In this document: positions 25,016 through 36,412 of the stretch, in pieces
Numbering within the stretch: position 1 is the stretch's first letter
How the letters are laid out: each line of letters starts with the position of its first letter
NCBI GenBank assembly: GCA_950097015.1
Contig: CATNEN010000002.1
Coordinates: 744,001 to 808,000 of the forward strand
DNA: 64,000 nt
Direction: 5' to 3'
From: Macrostomum hystrix
Taxonomy: Eukaryota > Animalia > Platyhelminthes
The notes under the pieces: generated by a model
Told to the model about the DNA's origin: nothing
Seen by the model: only the letters and a program-made list of their open reading frames with translations
Databases searched by the model: none
Made by a program: the position numbers and the translations under genes

Positions 25016-27302
25016 TGATGTGGAGTGTGCTGCGGAATCGAGTGGGGTTGTGGGCCAGCCAAATTTTTCCAATTTTTAGCAAGTCAATAATCGCGACCCA
25101 CATAGCAGCTGGCCGCAGAACACCATCATTAATCTTAGGGCCAGATTTGGGGCGGAGGTGAATTAAGTAGCCGCCGATTCCCCTTGTCTCGGATCTGTCT
25201 AGTCCCCTGTAGAAGTGACTGATCGCGGCCATAGCAATACTGTATGGACTAGTTTAGGTCATAATTCCCCTCCAAACCGCGATCAGATTGTAGGGATCAC
25301 TCATGCGTCTAGAGTGAGCATTAATTCTTCATGTCCCTTTTCTTTACTGTAACCCGAGCCGAAGCTCGATTATGACCTTTCCCCCTTTTAGATACATGTA
25401 ACGACACTATAGGCAGGTCGGCGCCTGCGCTTCCCATATCCCGGCGGGATCACAATCATTGGCCGACTGCCGGCAGACGCTCCTAGTGGGGCATCTGGCG
25501 ATTCTCGCCGCCGCTTCAGTGGGCAATTGGGGTGGCATAATGCCGACCCGATTCCTCGCTGACAGGCTGGCGAGCATGTGGGTTATTTGATGAATGCGAG
25601 GTTGACGGAACTGCAGGACTATTTAAGAAAGCGCGCTGCGCTGCCCCTAGAACCTTCAACCTACCTTTAACCTCCTTTTTTCCCTTGTCCGGTCCCGGAA
25701 CTCGGTCCTTGGACTCTCCCCCTTCTAGGCTAGCACCTAGTCCCTGAGCCTAAGGCTCCAGATCATAGCAGCAGGCAACTACCTGCTAGTGCCCTTAAGC
25801 GTAAGCCACCTCCTCAGGTGCGCTCCAAATTGAGCCTTGAGCTCCCTGCAGTCTGGCCCCTTGCCAACTGTACTCAGCAATCCCTCACCTATTCCCCTGT
25901 TCATTTGCATTCCCCCGCGAGATCGACGGCCTGCAGTGAAGCCAGTCAGCAATCAGATAAGTAACCCGCGCAGCGGACTTTTATTGCTATCCCTAAGGGA
26001 TCTTTACTTAGCTAGTGGGTAATAAGGGCAAGGGCAGGGATTTGTTTTTAGCCTAATAAACTATTCATTATCAATATGCCAAACCTTAATAATTAGGCCA
26101 ATTTAATAACAACTTAATTCCTTTTATCATGCTATTCTTTTCTCTTTATTTTATCGTTAGACAGCCCTCGATCATGAGTGGCTAACTTATTAGGGGGATG
26201 GGCTCTGGTGATGCCTAGCTGAAAGCTGCGGCAGGAGGACAACTGTGAGCGCGCATGAAAGTAATAAGGAGCTAGGGATTTGCGAGTAATATGCGGAGCG
26301 TAGCATGTGTTTCTCTGCTAGGGGTGGGGGAATTCCTTGGCGGGTTTTTCCTCTCTTTCTGGCGGATCAAGGAGTGCGTGTCAACCTCCCTTGTCAATTA
26401 AGTTTCCCTTCTGTTCCCCGCCTCTCGCTGCCGCCGCCATGGGAGCGAGGGGTGTGATCTAATAACCATCGCTTGCATAATCACTCAGCCAGTGTTCTGC
26501 TTAATCTCTCCTGCCTCTGATTTCCTCATCTCACACAGATTCGGATTTGCTAGTTATTTAATGTGTAGGCTGCAATCTAATGTAAGGAATGTGCCTGATG
26601 TTTCATGAGTAGGATTCCGGCTATGGGTTTCTCATTCGAGTTCGGAGTACCACCTTTCTAGACCACTGTAGCGCAGTTTCAGGAATCCCCTGTTGAGGCG
26701 TGTCTCGATTCATTCTGGGGTCTTCACCCTAGTCTAAAACGGAAGTTACAGAATGCCCTATTTTTCGGCTTGTCTGAGATCTGTGCGACAAACTAGGAGC
26801 TGTGAACTCCGGGGACCCAAGTTCCCAAATGTCTGCGGTGGCAACGTAGGCGCATTGGGTGGTGGCGCTACCCTAGATCATTTTCCGCTTTGCCAATAGC
26901 CTTTCCGCATTTCTAAGACAAGAGCCTGGGCCGAATCGACCACTGCTACCGCTGTTAGGAGTCAGTTATGAACATGCTACTGATGACAGTAGGCTATCTA
27001 GCTCTGTCCTACCTGCTTGCGGGTAGTCCGATATCTCTTTAGACTTTAGCCGGTTTCGAGCACTGCTTGGGGTAGGCACGGCAGTCACGCCTGTGGCCTA
27101 TGGGTTGAGTTGGACTGGCCAGCCTGAGGCCGAGAGGACCGCTCCCTGCATCCACTGTCTCTCCCTTCATCTCTCCCTTCATCCCTCTCCCCGCGATAAA
27201 TCGCGAGGCTTTGCGGTACGACTTCTAACTCTATCGCCATTCCCACACTCCCTTTCTCTCTTGAGGACAGGTCATCGGATTGCAAAACCCGCACCCACTT
27301 CA
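25016..27302. mobile_element. Possible solo LTR or non-autonomous element
   Basis: Mixed-composition 2.3-kb block with no long ORF, bounded by TGATGTGG...CCACTTCA (TG..CA, 7/8 inverted match); TATTTAA at 25620 and AATAAA at 26055; no TSD found. Confidence 0.3.
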
Positions 27303-27475
27303 CCAATCGCTATGAACACGGGCTCCATCCGATGAAACAACTTCCAGAATCACAAAACATCGGCATCGTCGATATATTCAACGATTCTCGTCGGGGTGTC
27401 TCGTGGCAAAGACCGCCAATATAGGCATAAATTTTCTGCTCACAAAATTTTATCATGTAACCATGCCGGCTTAAA

Positions 27476-27595
27476 GGGGGGTCCGTGGCAGAGCGATTAT
27501 CGCGTTTGCCTCTCGCACCAAGGTCCCTAAGTTCGATTCCACGGCGAGGCCACATTTATTAGGGGCGCAGCCGCGGGGAGAAGGCTTGGGGGCTC
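27476..27595 (+). mobile_element. tRNA-derived SINE 5' part (paralog of 6297-6416)
   Basis: A and B boxes; near identity to the copy A SINE. Confidence 0.8.
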
Positions 27596-27600
27596 GTCGT

Positions 27601-29222
27601 GCTGCCTCCTCCTTCCTCCTTCCTCCTCCTTCCTTCTCCTCCCTCCTTCCTCCTTCCTTCCTCCTCCTTCCTCCTCCTTTCTCCTCCTTCCACCTTCCTC
27701 CCTCCTCCTGCCTCCTCCTTCCTCTTTCCTTCCTTCTCTACCCTCCTTCCTCCTTCCTCCTGCCTCCCCCTTCCTTCCTTCTCCTTCCTCCTTCCTCCTG
27801 CCTCCTTCCTCCTTCCTCCTTCCTCCTTCCTCCTTCTTCCTTCCTCCTTCCTCCTTCCTCCGTCCTCCTCCTTCCTTCCTTCCTCCTTCCTCCTTCCTTC
27901 CTTCTCCTTCCTCCTCCTTCCTCCTCCATCCTCCTTCCTCTTCCTTCCTCCTTCCTTCCTTCCTCCTCCTTCCTCCTTCCTCCTTCTTCCTTCATCCTTC
28001 CTCCTTCCTTCCTTCTCCTTCCTCCTTCCTTCCTTCCTCCTACCTCCTTCCTTCCTTCCTCCTACCTCCTTCCTTCCTTCCTCCTTCCTCCGTTCTCCTT
28101 CCTCCTTCTTGCTTCCTCCTTCCTCCTCCTTCCTCCTTCCTTCCTCCTTCCTCCTTCCTCCGTTCTCCTTCCTCCTTCTTCCTTCCTCCTTCCTCCTTCC
28201 TTCTTCCTTCCTTCCTTCCTTCTCCTTCCTCCTCCTTCCTCCTCCTCCCTCTTTCCTCCTTTCTCCTTCCTTCCTTCTCCTTCCTCCTCCTTCCTTCCTC
28301 CTTACTCCTTCCTCCTACCTCCTTCCTTCCTTCCACCTTCCTCTTCGTTCCTCCTTCCTTCCTCCTTCCTCCTCCTTCGTCCTTCCTCCGTTCTCCTTCC
28401 TCCTTCTTCCTTCATCCTTCCTCCTTCCTTCCTTCTCCTTCCTCCCTCCTTCCTTCCTCCTACCTCCTTCCTTCCTTCCTCCTTCCTCCGTTCTCCTTCC
28501 TCCTTCATCCTTCCTCCTTCCTTCTCCTTCCTTCCTTCCTCCTTCCTCCGTTCTCCTTCCTCCTCCTACCTCCTTCCTTCCTTCCTCCTTCCTCTTCCTT
28601 TCTCCTTCCTCCTCCTTCCTCCTCCTCCCTCCTTCCTCCTTTCTCCTTCCTTCCTTCTCCTTCCTCCTCCTTCCTTCCTCCTTACTCCTTCCTCCTACCT
28701 CCTTCCTTCCTTCCTCCTTCCTCTTCGTTCCTCCTTCCTTCCTCCTTCCTCCTCCTTCCTCCTTCCTCCGTTCTCCTTCCTCCTTCTTCCTTCATCCTTC
28801 CTCCTTCCTTCCTTCTCCTTCCTCCCTCCTTCCTTCCTCCTACCTCCTTCCTTCCTTCCTCCTTCCTCTTCCTTTCTCCTTCCTTCCTTCTTCCTCCTTC
28901 TTCCTTCTTCCTTCCTCCTCCTTCCTCCTCCTTCCTCCTTCCTCCTTCGTCCTTCCGCCTTCCTCCTCCTTCCGCCTCCTTCCTCCTCCTTCCTCCTTCC
29001 TCCTTTCTCCTTCTTCCTCCTTCCTTCTTTCTCCTTCTTCCTCCTTTCTTCCTTCTCCTCCCTCCTTCCTCTTTCCTCCTCCTTCCTTCTTCCTTCTCCT
29101 CCCTCCTCCTCCTTCCTCCATCCTCCTTCCTCCTTCCTTCCTTCTCCTCCCTCCTCCTCCTTCCTCCTTCCTTCCTTCTCCTTCCTCCTTCCTCCTTTCA
29201 CTTTTACTCCTTCTTCCTCTAT
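27601..29222. repeat. Polypyrimidine (CCT/CCTT) tract
   Basis: About 1.6 kb, at the position homologous to 6423-7432. Confidence 0.95.
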
Positions 29223-29448
29223 CCTCCAAAAACATTCCAAAAAACAAAAACAAAATGCAACAATGATACCCTATATTGTCTTTTTTTATCATTTCTATGC
29301 CTACTTACCAGATACATCTATTGACATATTCAATAAAATACAACAAATTTTTCCTCTCGTTAAAATTTCAAACGCGCAAACAAAAGAGCCTATTCGCCGA
29401 AACACTCCTGCAAAGTCTCTGCTTCATCTACGCTCACTCACTGACGAC

Positions 29449-31040
29449 TCACTCCATATTCAGCACCACCAGTCGACTGTTCACATAGTCAGCCACCACC
29501 AGCTGCTCGCGCGCGCCTCCCGTCACCACCGCCAGACCAAATGGACAACTGAATCTGCCGACACCGCTGCCGCTGTCGCCCGGCACCCCCAGAGTCCACA
29601 GCAGCGACCCGTCGTCTGCAGTCACCGCTCGCACTGAGTGACCTTGCCATTCACTCACGAACAGGCGGCCTCTCCTATCCACGGCCACACCCACTGGCTC
29701 AGTAAACTTTTTGAGGCCGCAACGCTCAGTGGGAGGCGACCACCTGCTGGGTGTCAATGCGCACTCTGTGCACCTGATTCTGCTTCCAGTCTGTCACCAG
29801 AATGCAGTTGTCGTGAACCGCTAGGTTGCCCAGTCCAGCATCAGGAAGCTCAGTCAACGTCTCCATCTCGCCAGTCGCTTTGCTGAATGCAACAATTTTG
29901 TTGCCACCAGACACAAACACCGAGGCTGCGTTGCCGCCGATTGCTCTTATTTCACCGAAGCCAACGATTTGTGGTTCGATTCGACGCACCTTTCTACCGC
30001 TCAGGTCCGTCACTGTCACTGCGTCAGATTGAGCAATGAACAGCAGCTGACGGTCACAGAGAAGGCCGCAGATGTACTTCTTTCGGTCGATGTCGCAGTG
30101 GCACCGCAGATTCTTCGAGCCGTCCACAGACACCACCTGAAGGTGATTCTTACCATCGAATGATGCGAAGATGCAGGGCTCAGGCAGAGCCTCACCGCCG
30201 TCACTCGCTGACTCGGCGGCCACCACACGGCCTGAGCGGTCAACAACGAATCCGCTGGTGTCGCTGCACACCGCCAGCCACAGAACGTAGTCATCCAGCT
30301 TCACCTCGTGACTGAACACAATCGAGCAATGCCTGTCTCGCCATCGCCATCGCCTTCATTGCGTCTTCGATCTCTTCGGGTGTCGCGCTGACCTCAGCGT
30401 CTCTCCAGCCCTCACCAGTCCACACGTTCACACGAGCCAACGCTCTGCCGAACTGCTCCGACACCTGCCCCAGTAGCTCCAGCTGCTGCTCCGCTCCCAA
30501 GCTCTCCTCCAGCGACTTCTGCAGCCGATCAAAGTCCGCCTTCAAGTCATCGAGCGACAACTCCATCGACATCGTCAGCTCGACAAGCTTCGACATCTCG
30601 CCTGCAGCCTCCGCCATCGACGTCTCCTGCCTGTAGCTTCTCACATCGTCCATGTCCCGCTGCCACACACGCGCTGTCTCAATCCGAGCTATCATCGGAC
30701 CTGTCAGTCGATCTTCACTCGAATCCAGGTATCTCCGCATTGTCTCATACAGCTGCTTCGCCCGTCGCAGCTGCTCCTCCATCTCGTGAATCCAATCTCC
30801 TCCACCACCTGCTGCACTGCCGCCTGCAGCTTCGGCTTGTGGGAAGGCACGCAGCTTCTCAGCGACCTTCTCCTTCAGCTTGTGGGCATCCGCCACATCA
30901 ACACTCAGGTGTTCCGAGCACAGGTAGCGCTCGGAGAACGGACCCAGGCCGACTGCAGCTTTTTGGCAGACGACGCAGATTGGGATGGCTTCAGGAGGTC
31001 CTTCGGAACTCGAGCTGTCGCTGGAGTCTCCACGCTGCAT
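29449..31040 (-). pseudogene. Frameshifted paralog of the TRIM-NHL-like gene
   Basis: Split into ORFs 30291-31040, 29726-30319 and 29449-29757 by two 5-nt deletions relative to copy A (near 30325 and 29732); poly(A) signal reads AATAGA instead of AATAAA. Confidence 0.8.
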
Positions 31041-32214
31041 TTTCAGATTCGAGGTCTGGAAGGAGAGTCGGATAGAGGCCGTGTGAGTTGATAACTGCTG
31101 CCGGAATCTGCCAGAACTCTAATATTATCTCAGTGTCAAAAATTCTCAACTTCAACTCGCTACCTCAGAAAGCTGGGCAGCAGAAAAGTTGCAGAGCTGC
31201 CGTAAGCAGGCCGATGCAGAGGCTCAGGTGAGAATGAGTTTCAATCAGACAGCAGTCTAAAGCTGTGCTCAGGTTTTTGAGATGACTCTCTCGTAAGCTA
31301 GGTGTCTCAGTTAAACTCTTCTCCGTTGCCATGGAAACAGTGAGAAGCCTGAGTCTGGTCGATATTAGAGAACAGAATGAAATCCTTGAGTCGCTCTGCT
31401 CCGGCAGCTCAGTTTGTCGGCAAGAAACAGGGAGTTTGAAATCTGTTTTTGTTTATTCTCGGTCGAACGCGAATTCAGAATAGTTTCTGTGGCTGTGTGC
31501 ATTTCTCTGCGGCTGGGACAGAGAGGGCCGGCTCTGAGCAGCATTGAGCACAGCTGAGCACCCACCTCTTTCTTGAACTTCTCACAATTGGCAACTACAT
31601 GGCGTTGAGTGTACTCAAATGCATTGGCAGTGTACTTGGCTTGGTGCCGAGCGGAAGAGAAGTACTCAGTAGTAGATGCAACTGTTAGCACAGCTGATGG
31701 TAGAATGTGAGTAGATTGCTGAGTACTACTGCAGTTTAAAGTCAGCTAGTTAGCAATTAATATTGGCGAGTGTTCTGGCATCAATAGTTTATTCTGATTG
31801 GCTAGTGTATTTGAGTGCGTGTGCATTGCGAAGCGCAGCTTTGGTTGAGTCATACGCATTGCTGCTTTGGAGCAAAAATATCACGCACCTAACGCATTTG
31901 ATTATAACCAGAGTTCGTTTAGCGGTCGAAGACCGACAGCCCGGTTGAGCAGTTTGAACAGTTTGAACAGTTTGAGCAGTTTGAGCAGTTTGAGCAGCTT
32001 GGGCAGTACTGAATAGTTTGCTCACCAACAGAGTGAATCCTATAGTGACTCACAGTGTGAATCCAAGTGGGACTAAGAGAGTGAACCTCAGGGTGACTCA
32101 CAGGATTAATCTAAGTGTGACTCACGTGGTGAGTTAAGTGAATTTAACTTAGAGACTACGCTAGAGACTCACAGAGTGAATCTCAGAGTGACAAACAAAG
32201 TCAATTTAAAAGAG

Positions 32215-34030
32215 AATATCAGGGTGTATCCCAGTGATTCCCAGATTCATCTCAGAGTGACTCACAGGGTGTATCCCAGTGATTCCCAGATTCATCTCAG
32301 AGTGACTCACAGGGTGTATCCCAGTGATTCCCAGATTCATCTCAGAGTGACTCACAGGGTGTATCCCAGTGATTCCCAGATTCATCTCAGAGTGACTCAC
32401 AGGGTGTATCCCAGTGATTCCCAGATTCATCTCAGAGTGACTCACAGGGTGTATCCCAGTGATTCCCAGATTCATCTCAGAGTGACTCACAGGGTGTATC
32501 CCAGTGATTCCCAGATTCATCTCAGAGTGACTCACAGGGTGTATCCCAGTGATTCCCAGATTCATCTCAGAGTGACTCACAGGGTGTATGCCAGTGATTC
32601 CCAGATTCATCTCAGACTGACTCACAGAGTGTATCCCTGTGATTCCCAGATTCATCTCAGACTGACTCACAGGGTGTATCCCAGTGATTCCCAGATTCAT
32701 CTCAGAGTGACTCACAGGGTGTATCCCAGTGATTCCCAGATTCATCTCAGAGTGACTCACAGGGTGTATCCCAGCGATTCACAGATTCATCTCAGAGTGA
32801 CTCACAGGGTGTATCCCAGTGATTCACAGATTCATCTCAGAGTGACTCACAGGGTGTATCCCAGTGATTCCCAGATTCATCTCAGAGTGACTCACAGGGT
32901 GTATCCCAGTGATTCACAGATTCATCTCAGAGTGACTCACAGGGTGTATCCCAGTGATTCCCAGATTCATCTCAGAGTGACTCACAGGGTGTATCCCAGT
33001 GATTCCCAGATTCATCTCAGACTGACTCACAGGGTGTATCCCAGTGATTCCCAGATTCATCTCAGACTGACTCACAGGGTGTATCCCAGTGATTCCCAGA
33101 TTCATCTCAGAGTGACTCACAGGGTGTATCCCAGTGATTCCCAGATTCATCTCAGACTGACTCACAGGGTGTATCCCAGTGATTCCCAGATTCATCTCAG
33201 ACTGACTCACAGGGTGTATCCCAGTGATTCACAGATTCATCTCAGACTGACTCACAGAGTGTATCCCAGTGATTCCCAGATTCATCTCAGAGTGACTCAC
33301 AGGGTGTATCCCAGTGATTCCCAGATTCATCTCAGAGTGACTCACAGGGTGTATCCCAGTGATTCACAGATTCATCTCAGAGTGACTCACAGGGTGTATC
33401 CCAGTGATTCCCAGATTCATCTCAGAGTGACTCACAGGGTGTATCCCAGTGATTCACAGATTCATCTCAGAGTGACTCACAGGGTGTATCCCAGTGATTC
33501 CCAGATTCATCTCAGACTGACTCACAGGGTGTATCCCAGTGATTCCCAGATTCATCTCAGACTGACTCACAGGGTGTATCCCAGTGATTCCCAGATTCAT
33601 CTCAGAGTGACTCACAGGGTGTATCCCAGTGATTCCCAGATTCATCTCAGACTGACTCACAGGGTGTATCCCAGTGATTCCCAGATTCATCTCAGAGTGA
33701 CTCACAGAGTGTATCCCAGTGATTCCCAGATTCATCTCAGACTGACTCACAGGGTGTATCCCAGTGATTCCCAGATTCATCTCAGACTGACTCACAGGGT
33801 GTATCCCAGTGATTCACAGATTCATCTCAGAGTGACTCACAGGGTGTATCCCAGTGATTCCCAGATTCATCTCAGACTGACTCACAGGGTGTATCCCAGT
33901 GATTCCCAGACTCATCTCAGACTGACTCACAGGGTGTATCCCAGTGATTCCCAGATTCATCTCAGAGTGACTCACAGGGTGTATCCCAGTGATTCACAGA
34001 TTCATCTCAGAGTGACTCACGGCACGAAGT
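32215..34030. repeat. 45-bp minisatellite, about 40 copies (cagggtgtatcccagtgattcccagattcatctcagagtgactca)
   Basis: Highly homogeneous; each unit contains TGACTCA; no unique spacers. Confidence 0.95.
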
Positions 34031-34495
34031 GAATCTCAGAGTGAATTACAAAATTAATCATAAAAGATGACACAGTTATAAGTTATGCACAGCAAGAACA
34101 AAAACAGAACTAAGTTCAGTAGAAAACAACAGAGCCAAGTAAGTTTCCGTTGATTTAAATGCTATGCAAACTATCGACCTCGTTGCCGATTCAATCTGAA
34201 TTATTTGCGCACCTTTCAGAGTGTACAAACTGATGTACGTGAGCGAATTTCAAAGCTTGAAATTAAAATTCTGCAGTTAAGAAAAATTTTCTATGTTTAA
34301 TTGCGATGATCTCTTCCTATTGGTCAAACTGCGCCAGCCAATAGGAAGCGATCCAGCGGGCACATGCCCCTCCATTCAGTGAAACCTTTCTTCACACAAA
34401 ACCCACAACAATAATTCTAAGCGCAACGCATTTTTAACACTCCAATTATGTAAGAGAATAACTTGAACAAATAACAAAGCGTGTTCAGCAATTGG

Positions 34496-34626
34496 ATGGA
34501 GACAGAAGCAGCAGCAGCAATTGAACAATCAGAGACTGATGATTCGCGGCACTATAACATTCACGTTAGCAGTGAGAGAGGCTTCGACCTTCAGTTCTAC
34601 CCGAACTGGTTGCAGCAACAGCAGCA

Positions 34627-34657
<31 letters not shown>

Positions 34658-34681
34658 GCAATCTATGGAGAATCTAACTAA
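34496..34681 (+). CDS. Possible 61-aa acidic/polyQ small ORF
   Basis: ATG preceded by acceptor-like gttcag at 34488; (CAG/CAA)n run; inverted CCAAT pair upstream; no recognisable family. Confidence 0.25.
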
Positions 34682-34971
34682 GTTATTTCTAATCTAAAAT
34701 GTTACATTTTTTTCCTCCTTCCTACCGCCAAATTATGATTATTTAGCTATCATATTTCGAGCCATTAAATGTGCTAGTCTATATAGATTCAAGACACTAT
34801 TATATAATATATTTATATGAAAATAAGACTTTTATAAACAATGCCATATAAAAACAATGGAGCTTAATGTTGGGCGTGCTGTACTAGACAGTCCAGGTGA
34901 GAGTTCAGAGACTCACCTGTGGGTTTGTCACCCAATTTACTGTCTTGAGAACCAATCAGAGAAAGTGTACA

Positions 34972-35345
34972 CCCGCTGCGGGCGATTGCACATCATTATT
35001 TAGTGACACTCTAGTGACATAAGTGACATTATTTTGTCCCGCAGCCAGCGAGGAGGCAATTCTGCCCATTTCGCTGACTCCTGAGCACACACGCACACAG
35101 ATACTGTACGCAGGCACACACTCACACAGGTGTGTACATATGCCCTGTCTTGCTCATCGTCAGGCAGTGTACACTCTCACTGTGCCTTGGAGGTTGGCCC
35201 TCGAGGGCGTAACTTGCACTGTAAACCCCCAAGCCTTCTCTCCGCGGCTGCGCCCCAAAAAGAATGTGGCCTCGCCGCGGAATCGAACTTAGGGCACGTG
35301 GTGCGAGAGGCAAACGCGTTAATTACCCGCTCTGCCACCGACCCC
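34972..35345 (-). mobile_element. Near full-length tRNA-derived SINE
   Basis: Head (A/B boxes), core aaggcacagtgagagtgtacactgcctgacg, 3' hairpins cagcgaaatgggcagaattgcctcctcgctggctgcggg. Confidence 0.8.
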
Positions 35346-35949
35346 CGGGTGGGAAGTAGAGGGGGAGAATTAGTTTGTATGAAAGTGAATGTTGAGATTT
35401 AGAAGGATCCCCTGATCCTTCATCTCGCCGGATTCACTGATCCCTTCGCAAGGCCCAGCTGTTTCTACAAAATGACTCCTTGTTAGCATATTATGTTACT
35501 GACTACAGACTTTCGCCGAAGTTCAATTTATCAGTTCGGCAGTTGACATACTTTGTATGGTTTCTGAAGGATGGCTTTAAGAAAAACATGCTTTCATGCC
35601 AATATAAAATCTTTTTTTCGTAGTACGGAGCATCGTTGGGCTTATACGAAAAGTAAAAAAAATGATAAGTGGAACTATTATTAAAAATCAACGGTCTATT
35701 CACTTGCATTGTTGTCTACAATCAATACCTCTTATCTGGCTTGCTGTTGCCAAAGCTATTATCTAAAAAACTACTCATTAATGAGTAGCCGATAAACTTT
35801 ATACCCAGCAATGGCGCCATCCAAACTTTAGTGACATTTTCTGTTAGTTTGGACTTTGTCGTTACCAATGGCCGATCGTCATGAAAAGTACCTTGAAAAA
35901 CTCAATTTTACTATTTTTTTGTTCTTATGTGCTGTGGCACACCAATTTC

Positions 35950-36090
35950 CCCGAGCTCGATTCCGCAGCGAGGCCACATTCTGATTTGAGACCCCAGCTT
36001 CGGTGAGACGACTTGATGGCGGAACCTTCCAAGGCACAGTGAGAGTGTACACTGCCTAAGACTTCAGGGCAGCAGTACACACCTGTAGGA
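35950..36090 (+). mobile_element. Diverged SINE fragment
   Basis: gctcgattccgcagcgaggccacatt...ccaaggcacagtgagagtgtacactgcct. Confidence 0.7.
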
Positions 36091-36412
36091 ATGAGTGTGT
36101 AATCAAAGGATGTTTTGGAGTGCCAAACGAGAATTAAAAATACGAGTAAGGCTAACATAACATTGCTTTTTCAATTGCATCTTCCTAATTCAATTCCTTG
36201 CAGCCACTAATTATTATTTTAAAGTGCGAACTTGGCAATTTTTATATTTCGTGCATATGCAGCATTGCTACTAATGTGAGCTTGTCAGTAGCAAATCAAG
36301 CGTATATTGATTTTCTCATTCAATTTAGGTGTAGCAAATGACAAATTGAAACTACAGTTTTAGCGCAAAGTTTTTAAACAATTCTTTCCACTCTCAAATA
36401 TATGCTTCAGTT

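Larger units (their letters stand above)
27301..31650. repeat. Segmental duplication copy B (paralogous to ~6120-9900)
   Basis: Same order of modules as copy A. Confidence 0.9.

Noticed and set aside
15068-25161. ORFs of up to 2761 aa (P/S/F/L-rich on +, E/G/R/K-rich on -)
   Set aside because: Open in all frames only because a pure C/T strand cannot contain stop codons; no coding signal. The same applies at 6.3-7.5, 27.6-29.3 and 45.5-45.9 kb.
32176-34032. CRISPR-like or repeat-protein interpretation of the regular arrays (also 54674-55750 and 60661-61345)
   Set aside because: Head-to-tail repeats with no unique spacers and no cas genes, in a eukaryotic context. The ORFs arise from unit lengths divisible by 3.
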